Source: a virus. From it: a DNA stretch of 64,000 nucleotides. A model generated the notes under the pieces. It did no database searches and had not been told where the DNA came from. It worked only from the letters and a program-made list of their open reading frames with translations. Position 1 is the stretch's first letter, and the number at the start of each line of letters is the position of its first letter. The stretch lies in IMG/VR virus record IMGVR_UViG_3300046477_000550. The stretch is one strand, 5' to 3'. This document shows positions 33,212 through 42,116 of this stretch, piece after piece. The position numbers and the translations under genes were made by a program.

Positions 33212-34312
33212 CTAGCTGGTGGTGACGCCGCTCTCGCGGGCTTCGATCGCCTTCCAGGCATGGCGGACGCGCTCCTCGCGGGCCTTGAAGCCGTGCTTGC
33301 GGAACTCTTCCTGCGCCTGCCGGTAGGAGCGCGGGGGCTCCATGCCGTAGCGCAGCCACCGCAGGACCAGGGAGAGCTGTTCGCCGGAGAGCTGCACGCC
33401 CGGCTGGGGAAGGTCCACGCCCGCGATTTCCGCGAGTTCCGGCAGGGTCATGCCGTCCTCGACGGGGGTCTGCTGACCGCCCGTGACCGTGTCCGTTTCG
33501 TCCGGAGTCACGGTCGGGATGGTCACGGCCTCGATTTCCGGCTTGGCCTGTGTGACCACGGTGTGACCATCCGTGCGCACCGGGGCGTCTCCCGCGGCCG
33601 TGACCGCAGGCCGCGCAATGACCACCCCGAGGTCTCGTTGGGTGAACGCCAGGGCCGCAGCGCCGTGCTTCTTGCCGGACTTCTCCAAGCGCCCCTCGGC
33701 CTTGGCGCGGGCCTTGTCGATGCGGGACTGCGCGACGGTCAAAACCCCGGCGCGGGCGATCTGCCGCTCCATCTCCGCGAGATGCGTGGCCGTCTCGACG
33801 AACGCGTCCGTCGTCGCCCCGGACCGCAGATGCCGGGCGTCGGCAGCGGCCAGGGCGCGCTCGTTGCGGTCGGCGGCCGACTGCTCGGCGATCCGGGCCG
33901 CCGTCGGCGCATCCGCCAGCACGTTCCCGGCGAACAGACGCAGCCCCATGAACAGGGCCGCGGCCACGGGCACGAACGCGAACACCTTGGCGTGGCCCAG
34001 CATGAGCAGGATCGTCGACGACAGGCCGACCGCGGCTGCGGACAGGCCCAGCATGACGGCCATGCCGACCGTCGAGCGCTGCCGGATCGCGATCTCCGAC
34101 ATGCGCAGCGAACCGATCCACAGCGCGTCGTACACGATGGCGATCGACCAGGCGACCGCGAGGCCGACCTTGCCGTGCAGGCCGATCATGTGGCCGAGCT
34201 GACCGCCCACCGTGATCGCCACCAGAGCGAGCGAGGCGAGTGTCAACAGCTTCTCAATGACCGCGAACACGTCGATGCGGTGGAGGGCTGTGAACCTGCT
34301 GGAAAAACTCAT
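33212..34312 (-). CDS. 4-TM membrane protein with C-terminal DNA-binding-like domain (DUF2637-like)
   Basis: ATG at 34312 with GAGGAGGG RBS. Four N-terminal TM helices, a helical linker, then a C-terminal MTLPELAEIAGV...LSLVLRWLRYG segment. This architecture is typical of proteins linked to TraB in actinomycete mobile elements. Confidence 0.6.
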   Translation of the reverse strand: MSFSSRFTALHRIDVFAVIEKLLTLASLALVAITVGGQLGHMIGLHGKVGLAVAWSIAIVYDALWIGSLRMSEIAIRQRSTVGMAVMLGLSAAAVGLSSTILLMLGHAKVFAFVPVAAALFMGLRLFAGNVLADAPTAARIAEQSAADRNERALAAADARHLRSGATTDAFVETATHLAEMERQIARAGVLTVAQSRIDKARAKAEGRLEKSGKKHGAAALAFTQRDLGVVIARPAVTAAGDAPVRTDGHTVVTQAKPEIEAVTIPTVTPDETDTVTGGQQTPVEDGMTLPELAEIAGVDLPQPGVQLSGEQLSLVLRWLRYGMEPPRSYRQAQEEFRKHGFKAREERVRHAWKAIEARESGVTTS

Positions 34313-34338
34313 GATCCCTCCTCTCAAGGGATAGACGG

Positions 34339-34593
34339 TCAGAGCTGATTGGGTTCGAGGGAGTAGAAGAGGACGTTGTGGTCGGCGGGCTGTCCAGCCC
34401 TGGCGAGCTGGTCGGAGATGTAGGTGCGGATGCTGTTGAAGGCGTCCCGCCGGGTGTCTCCCGGCTGGGGCGTGAAGGCGCCCTTGAAGGTGAACAGGCC
34501 GACGACGCCGGCCATCTTCTGGGCGGGCTGGACGGTGGCGATCCAAAACAGTTCGGTGGCCGCGGCCTGGGCGGGTGCGGTGGTGGCAGTCAT
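34339..34593 (-). CDS. hypothetical protein
   Basis: ATG at 34593 with GGAGA RBS. 84 aa. Confidence 0.55.
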   Translation of the reverse strand: MTATTAPAQAAATELFWIATVQPAQKMAGVVGLFTFKGAFTPQPGDTRRDAFNSIRTYISDQLARAGQPADHNVLFYSLEPNQL

Positions 34594-34883
34594 CGGGAAA
34601 TCTCCGTTTCCAACTCGGTGACGGTGTTCGTACTGGCAGGCAGCAGAGCGGCAGGCCCGTCGCCCGCAGGAACCGGCTCCGGTGCTCCGTAGAGGCGTCC
34701 AAGCAGCGGATCGGCGGCGAGGCTGGCGCACAGGGTGATCCCGACGACGAACACCCACCGCCAGACCGCACCCATCACGGCAGGCAGCACCTGATGGGTG
34801 CCGTAGCCGACGGATCCGATGAAGGCGAGGTGAAGCAGGGTGACGCCGATCCATCGGGCAGTCGGGCGGCGGGTGCGGGCCAT
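34590..34883 (-). CDS. membrane protein
   Basis: ATG at 34883 with GAGAGGA RBS. 97 aa with two TM helices. Confidence 0.5.
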   Translation of the reverse strand: MARTRRPTARWIGVTLLHLAFIGSVGYGTHQVLPAVMGAVWRWVFVVGITLCASLAADPLLGRLYGAPEPVPAGDGPAALLPASTNTVTELETEISR

Positions 34884-34981
34884 CGTGCGAGTCCTCTCGA
34901 TTCGGTGAATGGATGTGGTGGTGCTGGTCGTGCTGGGCGCCGCATCGTGGGGGCGATGCGGTCCCCGGCAGGGCCAGGGGG

Positions 34982-35338
34982 TCAGGCCATGTCGCGGTAC
35001 TCGTCGACCATGTCCGTGACGCTGTTCAGCAGGTCGCTGGCCCGCTCGATGAGCACGGCCTGCTCGGTGCCGGAGGCGTTGGCGGCGTCGTTGAGGTAGG
35101 TGGAGGCGGTGTCGAGGTCCTCGGCGTTGTTGATGCCGGCGTCCTCCATGCGGCTGCCGGCGGTGCCGACCTGGCTGGCGAAGGCCTCCAACGTGGTGGC
35201 GGGCCTGTCGGAGGCGACGAACGCGATGTCGTCGCCGTACCAGGAGATGAGCAGCTTGGCGGTGACGGCGCAGTGGCCGTCGCAGCCTTCGCCGTCGTGG
35301 ATGGTGCAGCTGTAGCGGTGGACGAGGTCGGTGGTCAC
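34982..35338 (-). CDS. hypothetical protein
   Basis: GTG at 35338 with GAGGG RBS. 118 aa. Confidence 0.5.
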   Translation of the reverse strand: MTTDLVHRYSCTIHDGEGCDGHCAVTAKLLISWYGDDIAFVASDRPATTLEAFASQVGTAGSRMEDAGINNAEDLDTASTYLNDAANASGTEQAVLIERASDLLNSVTDMVDEYRDMA

Positions 35339-35343
35339 GGCGG

Positions 35344-35508
35344 TCAGCCCTCCTCGACCTGGGTGAAGGTCCAGTTGCCGTTCGTGGTGCCCGCATTGGT
35401 CTCCCACTCGGAGCGGGCCTTCGCGAGGAACGGGCTGTCGAACGTGCCGACGGCGTCGCCGTTCTCGTCGCGGGCCTCGGTCGGCTGGTAGTCCTTCGAG
35501 TACTTCAT
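35344..35508 (-). CDS. 54-aa hypothetical protein
   Basis: ATG at 35508 with GAGAGGA RBS. Reads MKYSKDYQPTEARDENGDAV. Below the ORF-track length cutoff. Confidence 0.45.
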   Translation of the reverse strand: MKYSKDYQPTEARDENGDAVGTFDSPFLAKARSEWETNAGTTNGNWTFTQVEEG

Positions 35509-35643
35509 GTGCAGTCCTCTCGGTTCGAAGTTCGGGGTTGGGGTGGGGCACCGCGCTGGCGGAACGGAGGGGAGCCGTTGACGCCCGCCAGCGCGGCGAG
35601 CCGAACACGGGACGGGGGAGACCTGCGCCCGGCGATCAGGGGT

Positions 35644-35811
35644 TCAGCGCTCGTCGCCCAGCACCGCCCAGCGCCCGCCGAACTGGGCGCTCAGCTCGGC
35701 TTCGGCCGAGTCGGCGACGGCCGTGAAGTCGGTGTCGGGGCCTTCGGTCACGCCCGACGCGGACCGGTTTTGTCCGCCGAGCTCCATCGCGTCCCACTCA
35801 GTGCGTGCCAT
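35644..35811 (-). CDS. 55-aa acidic hypothetical protein
   Basis: ATG at 35811 with GAGGAG RBS. Reads MARTEWDAMELGGQNRS. Confidence 0.45.
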   Translation of the reverse strand: MARTEWDAMELGGQNRSASGVTEGPDTDFTAVADSAEAELSAQFGGRWAVLGDER

Positions 35812-35926
35812 GCGGTATCTCCTCGGATTGAAGGGGTGGTGCGGTGCGCGCCCCCACCCGCGGGTGGGGTGGATGGGCGTGCAAGCCGTGGCGCGGGCCG
35901 GGGGATGGTGACCCGCACCACGGCGT

Positions 35927-36193
35927 CTAGGTGGTGGTCAGGCCGCGGCGCCGGGCGGCTTCGTCCATGACGTCCTGGCCGTTGAAGCCGTGCGCCTCCG
36001 CGATCTCGCCGAGCCGGTGGCTTTCGACGACGGCCGCCGTGTGGGTCGGGTCGCCGTAGTGGTCGCGACCTTGGGCGTGCAGGCCGTCGGCGATGCTGCG
36101 GCACAGGTTGGACTGGTCGGCTGCGGCACCAAGGGCGTCGGCGGCGCTGGCGCGGTCGGCGAGCTGGCTCGGCAGCCAGGAAGGCTTGGACAT
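35927..36193 (-). CDS. hypothetical protein
   Basis: 88-aa ORF. Confidence 0.55.
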   Translation of the reverse strand: MSKPSWLPSQLADRASAADALGAAADQSNLCRSIADGLHAQGRDHYGDPTHTAAVVESHRLGEIAEAHGFNGQDVMDEAARRRGLTTT

Positions 36194-36203
36194 GGCGGGC
36201 TCC

Positions 36204-36401
36204 CTAGTCGATGCGGGTGATGTCGGTGGGTTCCGGGTCGAGGACGGTGCCGCCCCGGTTGATGCGGTGATGCAGGCGCCGGGCCTTGACTGCGGTCTTG
36301 GCGACCGCCTCGGCGGGGCTGTCGGCGCGGGTGCTGTACGTGTACTGGCCGCCCTCGCCGGGGCCGGATGCGCCGCGGCGGGTGACTGTGAAGCGAGACA
36401 T
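36204..36401 (-). CDS. hypothetical protein
   Basis: 65-aa ORF. Confidence 0.5.
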   Translation of the reverse strand: MSRFTVTRRGASGPGEGGQYTYSTRADSPAEAVAKTAVKARRLHHRINRGGTVLDPEPTDITRID

Positions 36402-36427
36402 GGCGTCCTCTCTCGGGGCGGGGTTGG

Positions 36428-36580
36428 CTACCAGTACTTGGCGTCGGCGGGGTCGATCTCCGGCAGCTCCCGGGCCGTCTCACGCAGGGCGTCCGCTTCA
36501 CGCCGGGCGCGGGCGACCGCGGCAGGGTCGGGCGACTGCAGGGGCTTCGGCGGCGCGTCGGCGCGCTTCCGGCCGGACAT
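36428..36580 (-). CDS. 50-aa hypothetical protein
   Basis: ATG at 36580 (TGATG overlap). Reads MSGRKRADAPPKPLQ. Confidence 0.4.
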   Translation of the reverse strand: MSGRKRADAPPKPLQSPDPAAVARARREADALRETARELPEIDPADAKYW

Positions 36581-36798
36581 CAGGCCGCTGCCGGGTAGTT
36601 GAAGCCGTCGAGGTCGTCGAGGACGGGCGGCTCGTCGGGGTGCTGCCGGTCGTAGTCGCCGGCGAGCTTCTTGATGCGCCGCATCCCGATGTCGTCGTCG
36701 GCGTCGAGGGCGATCTCGTAGCGGGCCTGCAAGTCGAGACGGGCACGCTGCGCGGCCTCGTAGGCGTCCAGAGCGTCGGCAATCAGGTAGAGCGGCAT
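36580..36798 (-). CDS. hypothetical protein
   Basis: 72-aa ORF. Confidence 0.55.
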   Translation of the reverse strand: MPLYLIADALDAYEAAQRARLDLQARYEIALDADDDIGMRRIKKLAGDYDRQHPDEPPVLDDLDGFNYPAAA

Positions 36799-36853
36799 GA
36801 GGGGGACCTTTCAGGTCGCAGAGAACGAGGGGGTGAGGCGGGGGTCAGGGGGG

Positions 36854-37288
36854 TCAGCGGTCGGTGTAGGGCTGGGCGCGGCACTTCTCGGCGTGCGCCT
36901 GCGCCCACTCGCGGGCGGCCTGGATCAGTGGCAGCACGGCCTCGGCGGGAAGGTCGGCGTCTTCCTCCAGCGGCCACGAGTCGGCGTTCTTGTCGGTGAA
37001 CTCCGGGTCGGTGCAGCCGTGACCGTGGCACTTCGCCTCCGCGCCGACCTCGACGTGGATGGCGGGGGGCGGCGAGTAGCCGACGATTCCGTAGCGCTCG
37101 CGGATGACGGTCGTGGCATGGACGGCGACCAGGGCACCACCAGCGGTGGTGTAGCGGCCCGCCTCGTTGCGGTAGGTGCCGTAGACGCCTCCATGGCGGG
37201 ACGTCCTGTCCGCGATCTGCTTGCGGTGGGCGCGGATCGTCTCGGCAACCTCGATCTTCAGGTCCGGGGCGGTCGGGATGTACGACAT
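36854..37288 (-). CDS. hypothetical protein
   Basis: ATG at 37288 with GGAGGG RBS. 144 aa. Contains a CHGHGC motif. Confidence 0.55.
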   Translation of the reverse strand: MSYIPTAPDLKIEVAETIRAHRKQIADRTSRHGGVYGTYRNEAGRYTTAGGALVAVHATTVIRERYGIVGYSPPPAIHVEVGAEAKCHGHGCTDPEFTDKNADSWPLEEDADLPAEAVLPLIQAAREWAQAHAEKCRAQPYTDR

Positions 37289-37459
37289 GGAAGCCCTCCA
37301 GGGCGATGACAGGTCAGGAAGGGGGTGGCCGCGGACGGTGGACGGGCGGGGACCTGCTTGACCGCCCGCGGCCGGAATGGGGGTGCTACTTGGGCCGGGA
37401 CTCGGACTCGCGGTTGGTCTTGGCGACCTTCCGGGAGAGCTCGGCACGCTGCTCGGCGG

Positions 37460-37630
37460 TCACGACCCGTCACCGCCGTCCGGGACGACGACCAGGAACG
37501 CGTCATCGGCCAGCGACATGACGACCTCGACGGAAAGGCCCTCCAGCCGGCGTTCGGCGGCGAACTCCTCCGCCGGCCAGTTACCGCGCGGGGCACCAGC
37601 GGCGAAACGCTCCAGGACGGTGCGGGCCAT
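37460..37630 (-). CDS. 56-aa hypothetical protein
   Basis: ATG at 37630 (TGATG overlap). Confidence 0.4.
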   Translation of the reverse strand: MARTVLERFAAGAPRGNWPAEEFAAERRLEGLSVEVVMSLADDAFLVVVPDGGDGS

Positions 37631-37914
37631 CAGGCGTCACCGCCGTCCGCGAGGAACGCCTCAACCTCGTCGCCGACGGCTGCGATGTCGGCGTCCGGGA
37701 CGGCCAGCCCGTTGGTCGGATTGCCCGCCCACAGCCGGTTCGTGGCCTTCTCGATGTCCGCCTCGGAGAGCGAGACGTCGTCGACGATCTGGCCCTTCGA
37801 ATTCAGGAAGATGATCCGGCCCGCAACCTGCTCGTCGGCGGAGAGTTCCTTGAACTGCTCGGCGAGGCCGTACAGGCTCATGTCGTCATCGGTGGAACCG
37901 CGGGAAGCCATCAC
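37630..37914 (-). CDS. hypothetical protein
   Basis: 94-aa acidic ORF. Confidence 0.55.
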   Translation of the reverse strand: MMASRGSTDDDMSLYGLAEQFKELSADEQVAGRIIFLNSKGQIVDDVSLSEADIEKATNRLWAGNPTNGLAVPDADIAAVGDEVEAFLADGGDA

Positions 37915-38153
37915 TGCACCTCGCCTTCGGCAACGATGCGCTGCGCCGTCTTGAACGCCACGAACCCGACACGGCCCGTACCGTCGGCGCCACGCTCCAG
38001 CCGGTCGTAGATGGCCAGCGGACTCGGCTCGACGGGCAGAACCACCCCGCCGGACTCCAGCAGGCGCATCGCCTCGGCGATTACGGCCTTACGGTCGACC
38101 GGCTTGCGGACGTAGCTCGCGGCCTCGTGCGCGGCCATGTCGGCGGGGCTCAT
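37911..38153 (-). CDS. hypothetical protein
   Basis: 80-aa ORF, coupled to neighbouring genes. Confidence 0.55.
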   Translation of the reverse strand: MSPADMAAHEAASYVRKPVDRKAVIAEAMRLLESGGVVLPVEPSPLAIYDRLERGADGTGRVGFVAFKTAQRIVAEGEVQ

Positions 38154-38365
38154 GCGGACACCTCGACGAGGTCGAGACGGCCGGCGCTGACCAGCGTCGC
38201 CTTGGCGGCGGCCAGCATGTCCTGCGCGTGGGCCAGGTAGTCGGACTCGCCCGGCGTCAGGTCGCGGGAATCCGTGACCGCCGACAGTTCCGCGGTACGG
38301 GCCGACGCGACCTTGTACACGTTCGCGGCGAGGGTGAGGGCCGGGGTGGGGATCGGGGTACTCAC
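38150..38365 (-). CDS. hypothetical protein
   Basis: GTG at 38365 (GTGA overlap). 71 aa. Confidence 0.45.
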   Translation of the reverse strand: MSTPIPTPALTLAANVYKVASARTAELSAVTDSRDLTPGESDYLAHAQDMLAAAKATLVSAGRLDLVEVSA

Positions 38366-38937
38366 GCCGTCACCGCCTGAAGCGACAGGATCTGTTCGGC
38401 GACCAGGGCCATGCCCCGGCCGTGCGCCCGGTTGTCGGTCCGGAAGAACTTGAGGTGCCCGGTCAGGGAGTACGGGGTGGTGATCTCGGACAGGCCTGTC
38501 AGGCGGCCGATCAGGTTCGTCGTCTGCGCGTCGTCCATACCGGCGAGCACCGTGAGGGCGCGGCCGATGATCCGGCGCCGTGCCCGCTTCTCTCCCACCG
38601 ACAGTTCGGGCAGCACGGCCAGCACCGGGGAGTCGCCCAGGTTGACGGTCTGCTCCGTCACGCTGTCGTGGTCGCGGATCGTGATCTGGTCGCCGTCGCG
38701 GGCAACCACAGTCCAGGCGATACCGGCCACCTGCAGGGAGAGGATGCCCTCGCCGGACACGGAACCGTTCGAGTGCGTCCAGTGCGCGGCACCCATTCCG
38801 GGCTTCACGAACGTGTCGCCGACAACCAGCTCGGATGCCGGGGTCAGCCACAGGTCATTCCATACGAACCCGTGGTCGGACGGGGTGTTGAGCACGCCGG
38901 TTCCGGCACTGGCGTCTCGCCAAGTACGATCTATCAT
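38362..38937 (-). CDS. hypothetical protein, first gene of the transfer-type operon
   Basis: ATG at 38937 with AGGAGGA RBS. 191 aa. Faces the 14-bp repeat region. Confidence 0.6.
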   Translation of the reverse strand: MIDRTWRDASAGTGVLNTPSDHGFVWNDLWLTPASELVVGDTFVKPGMGAAHWTHSNGSVSGEGILSLQVAGIAWTVVARDGDQITIRDHDSVTEQTVNLGDSPVLAVLPELSVGEKRARRRIIGRALTVLAGMDDAQTTNLIGRLTGLSEITTPYSLTGHLKFFRTDNRAHGRGMALVAEQILSLQAVTA

Positions 38938-38981
38938 GTCTGGTCCTCCTGATAGCGCAGGTGGTTCCGGATGTCCTGACA

Positions 38982-39071
38982 GGTGTGCAACCACCTGATC
39001 GGGCCGGCCCTTCTCGGTGTGCAACCACCGGGAAGGGCTGTCATGCAGCCCCGGTCTGGTGTGCAACCACC
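38982..39071. promoter_or_regulatory. three perfect copies of GGTGTGCAACCACC in a divergent intergenic region
   Basis: Copies at 38982-38995, 39016-39029 and 39058-39071. TTGACA at 39117 sits upstream of the plus-strand HTH gene. Confidence 0.55.
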
Positions 39072-39153
39072 AGTCGGGGCCTCGTTCGTTTTCGACAGTA
39101 GAGGACTTCTTGCGTCTTGACAAGTGACCGGCATCGAAGGGAAGAATGTACCC

Positions 39154-39456
39154 ATGAACACCGATGACGAGAGAGGAGGGATGCCCGACCTTGTCACCTT
39201 CACGGAGATCGCCAAGCGGCTCACCGAGCGCGGCATCATCGAAGGGTCGATCACCCGACAGGGCGTCCGCCACATCGCAGACACCGACCCGGACTGGCCC
39301 GTCCCGCCCGAGCACTGGATCAAAGCGGGGCGCGCCTTCCTGATGCACTGGGATCCCGTGGAGAAGTTCTTCCGTGAACGCGAAATGCCTCGCAGAAGAG
39401 GGCCCGGCAAGAAGGCCGAGTCGGCCGGCGCTGAATCCGAAAAGCCCGAGCAGTAA
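39154..39456 (+). CDS. Xis/MerR-like HTH DNA-binding protein
   Basis: LVTFTEIAKRLTERGIIEGSITRQGVRHI...DWPVPPEHW matches the HTH_17 pattern. ATG at 39154 is preferred (GGGAAGAA upstream). The ORF is open from GTG at 39124. Confidence 0.6.
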   Translation: MNTDDERGGMPDLVTFTEIAKRLTERGIIEGSITRQGVRHIADTDPDWPVPPEHWIKAGRAFLMHWDPVEKFFREREMPRRRGPGKKAESAGAESEKPEQ

Positions 39457-39588
39457 TTCCTCATGTATCCAGAGCACACCCGCACCGGATACCGCCTCTA
39501 GGGATTGCCTGTCGCCAACGCGGCGTCGAGCCAAGTGGCGACAGGCGGGCCCCTATTCCGACCCATCGATAGTCGGGAGACTCAAGGC

Positions 39589-40794
39589 ATGACCTTCGCC
39601 GCCGCCCTCCGAGAGCACCGATACGCCCGAGGCATGTCCCTCGCCGATCTCGCTGAACAAGTCCACTACCACCGCGGGTTCATCCACCGCGTTGAGACCG
39701 GCGAGCGGGCCCCGAACCGGCAGCTCGCCGAAGCGGCCGACATCGCGCTCGGGGCCGGCGGCAAGCTGGTCCAGGCGTTCGAGCAGGACGAGAGCGTGCG
39801 CCACGAAGAGGCCGCCACCCGCAAGGCGCTCGCCTCATCGCTCGCCACCACCCGCTCCCTGTGCGAGCTGGCGGACCTGGAGCTGGACGAGATCGGCAGC
39901 GGCGTGGAGGAAGCGGCGGTCGACTACCTCGGATGGCCGCCGGCCCCAATGCTCCAACGCGCGGACGTCCTGCGCACCGACGTGTTGCAGCGGCTGCGCG
40001 ACTACCGGCACGGCCCCCACGAGCGCGCGGACCTGTACGTCGCGGCCGGCCGCCTGTCCGGTGTCCTGGCCTACGCCGCGCTCGACCTCGGTGACGCGAA
40101 CGCAGCCTTAGAGCATGCTCGCGCGGCGGCCCGCTGCGCCCGGTACGCCGGAGACATGGAACTCCTGGTGTGGGTGCGCGGCACACAGTCCCTGATCGCC
40201 CGCTTCAACGGCGACTACGGCGTGGCCCTCGACTACGTCCGCGACGGCATGCAGCACGTCGCCGAAGGTGCCGGCACCGGCGAGGCCCGGCTGCTGTGCG
40301 GCGAAGCCCAATGCCTGGCCAACCTCGGCGACTCCCGAGCCGCGAACCAGATCCTCAACGCAGCCGAGCAGGCACGCGAGCGCGTCCACCAACCCGACTC
40401 GATCGCCGGCCTGTTCGAGTTCAGCGAGACGAAGCAGCGCTACTACGCAGGCTCGTCACTGATCTGGCTCGACGGCGGCGACGACGCCCGCCGCGCCGCG
40501 ACCGAAGCGCAGGCTGCGATCGACTCGTGGCAGCAGATGCCCGCCGAGCAGCGCTCGCTCGATGACGAACGCCTCGCCCACATCTACAAGGCCACCGCAC
40601 TCGTGCAGCTCGATGACATTGAGGGCGCCACGGATGCGATGGCGCCGATCCTCACGCTTCCGCGTGAGGCCCAAATCTCCTGGATCTCGAAGCGCGCCGG
40701 CCGCATCGGCTCGATGCTCAGCGCGCCGAGGTTCCAGGGCTCCCCCGCCGCTATCGACCTGAGGGAGGCAATCGCCGCACTGAAGACGGCGTGA
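39589..40794 (+). CDS. XRE-family HTH regulator with large helical-repeat C-terminal domain (WhiJ-like)
   Basis: ATG at 39589 with GGGAGA RBS. N-terminus reads RGMSLADLAEQVHYHRGFIHRVETGERAP. The ~320-aa C-terminal helical domain is TPR-like. Confidence 0.75.
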   Translation: MTFAAALREHRYARGMSLADLAEQVHYHRGFIHRVETGERAPNRQLAEAADIALGAGGKLVQAFEQDESVRHEEAATRKALASSLATTRSLCELADLELDEIGSGVEEAAVDYLGWPPAPMLQRADVLRTDVLQRLRDYRHGPHERADLYVAAGRLSGVLAYAALDLGDANAALEHARAAARCARYAGDMELLVWVRGTQSLIARFNGDYGVALDYVRDGMQHVAEGAGTGEARLLCGEAQCLANLGDSRAANQILNAAEQARERVHQPDSIAGLFEFSETKQRYYAGSSLIWLDGGDDARRAATEAQAAIDSWQQMPAEQRSLDDERLAHIYKATALVQLDDIEGATDAMAPILTLPREAQISWISKRAGRIGSMLSAPRFQGSPAAIDLREAIAALKTA

Positions 40795-40802
40795 CACGCA
40801 GA

Positions 40803-40854
40803 CGGCCGGGGTGTCGAGACCCCGGCCGTCGAAACCAGCGGTGTCTAGACCGCT
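40803..40854 (+). terminator. two tandem stem-loops after the XRE gene
   Basis: CGGCCGGGGT-GTCGAG-ACCCCGGCCG, then AGCGGT-GTCTAG-ACCGCT. Confidence 0.5.
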
Positions 40855-40889
40855 GATCAAACCGCTCCTAGCAGAGAAGAGGTTCACCC

Positions 40890-41297
40890 ATGACTGTAAT
40901 CGATAGCCGCCCCGCCGAGGCTGCGGCGTCGGTCACCACCCGCCTCGTTCCGGCCCTCGTGGACGGCAATGAGATCGCGATCCCTTGTCCGTCGTGGTGC
41001 TCGCTGGATCACACCGCCGAGGACCCGCGCAACATCGTCGACGTCTACCACTTCGGCGACTTCGCGGACCTGGAGATGCCGCGCATTGGCACGTCGCCGG
41101 TGCTGCTCGCGTTCGCCCGGCTGGGACTGGACCCGTTCTCGTCGAACCCGCGACACCGCGAGCCGTACCTGTACGTCGAGGACGGCGGCGGCGGAGCAGA
41201 CGGCTACCAGCGCCGCGGTGAGGCGCAGCAGTTCGCCCGGAACCTGATGACGTTCGCGGAGAAGGTGTTGACGCTGAGCGAGCAGCTGCCTGAGTAG
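40890..41297 (+). CDS. hypothetical protein (CPSWC...H motif, resembles DUF6907-type proteins)
   Basis: 135 aa with GAAGAGG RBS. Contains IPCPSWCSLDHT. Confidence 0.55.
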   Translation: MTVIDSRPAEAAASVTTRLVPALVDGNEIAIPCPSWCSLDHTAEDPRNIVDVYHFGDFADLEMPRIGTSPVLLAFARLGLDPFSSNPRHREPYLYVEDGGGGADGYQRRGEAQQFARNLMTFAEKVLTLSEQLPE

Positions 41298-41377
41298 CCG
41301 AACGCCGTCGAATAGGCGCTCGGAATAGGCCACTTGAGACACAGGCGCCACGTAGAATTAGCGCGGTAAAACGGCGA

Positions 41378-41417
41378 CGGCCGGAGGGGGCTGAATCCCT
41401 CCGGCCGTTTCGTTTTG
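41378..41417 (+). terminator. rho-independent terminator
   Basis: 11-bp stem CGGCCGGAGGG/CCCTCCGGCCG with an 8-nt loop, followed by TTTCGTTTTG. Confidence 0.75.
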
Positions 41418-41508
41418 AGCGGGTCATCACCCCGCTGCACCTACCGCCTGCCGTCCGACCATCTCCAGAAAGTCGAGCAACACCCATGACGATACCGATG
41501 ACGCCGCT

Positions 41509-41877
41509 ATGTCGCCACCAGGCGGTGACAGGGTGATCGAGGTAGTCCGCTTCAAGTTGAAGAAGGGGTTCTCTCAGCCGCCGAACGAGATGGTGTTCGA
41601 CGAGCGCCTCGGCATGATCTCGCGGATGGCCCTGGTCGAGATCCTGGCCCGGCCGCCGGGGTGGCAGACGAACGCTTCGCTGATGTGGGAGAACGCCTAC
41701 CGGAACCGCGGGAAGCGCGCGGAGAGCAAGCGCGCGTTCCGAATCGCCTTCGCCGAGCTGGAGGAGTACGGCTACCTCGAACGCGTGAAGGAGAAGATCC
41801 CTGCTGGGCGGCCAGGAGGTGGAGCGTTCAGGACAACTCTGCGCTTCTTCAACATCTCGCAGAAAAAGGACATTTAG
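41509..41877 (+). CDS. winged-helix DNA-binding protein (replication/regulatory type)
   Basis: 122 aa reading MISRMALVEILARPPGW...AFAELEEYGYLERVK. G+C drops towards the 3' end. Confidence 0.5.
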   Translation: MSPPGGDRVIEVVRFKLKKGFSQPPNEMVFDERLGMISRMALVEILARPPGWQTNASLMWENAYRNRGKRAESKRAFRIAFAELEEYGYLERVKEKIPAGRPGGGAFRTTLRFFNISQKKDI

Positions 41878-42087
41878 AGGTCGTCACTGGCGAGGCCTTC
41901 GCTGATGACGACCCCACCGAAGGCCTCATTCCCGAAGGCTTCGCCGATGTGGACCTAAAAGACCAACACGGGTCTACCTAAGACTGCTAGCCAGCCAATA
42001 CTTCGGCTCCCGCCTCCATCGTTAATACGCGGGGCCGCAGGCCCGGCCTTAGTGCGTGCGCGCGCGAGGCGAAAGCGGCAGGCGGGC

Positions 42088-42116
42088 AGGCCCCAACCCG
42101 CAATGGGTCGGGGCCT
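42088..42116 (-). terminator. stem-loop after the 42124 gene
   Basis: A 12-bp stem (one mismatch) around GCAAT, 8 nt after the stop. Confidence 0.5.

Noticed and set aside
38982-39071. A CRISPR-like array, considered for the three identical 14-bp repeats and also for the 55.6-55.8 kb repeats.
   Set aside because: There are only three short repeats with unequal 20- and 28-bp gaps in a promoter region. The other set is palindromic and lies inside a coding sequence. No cas genes are present. Operator or iteron explanations fit better.
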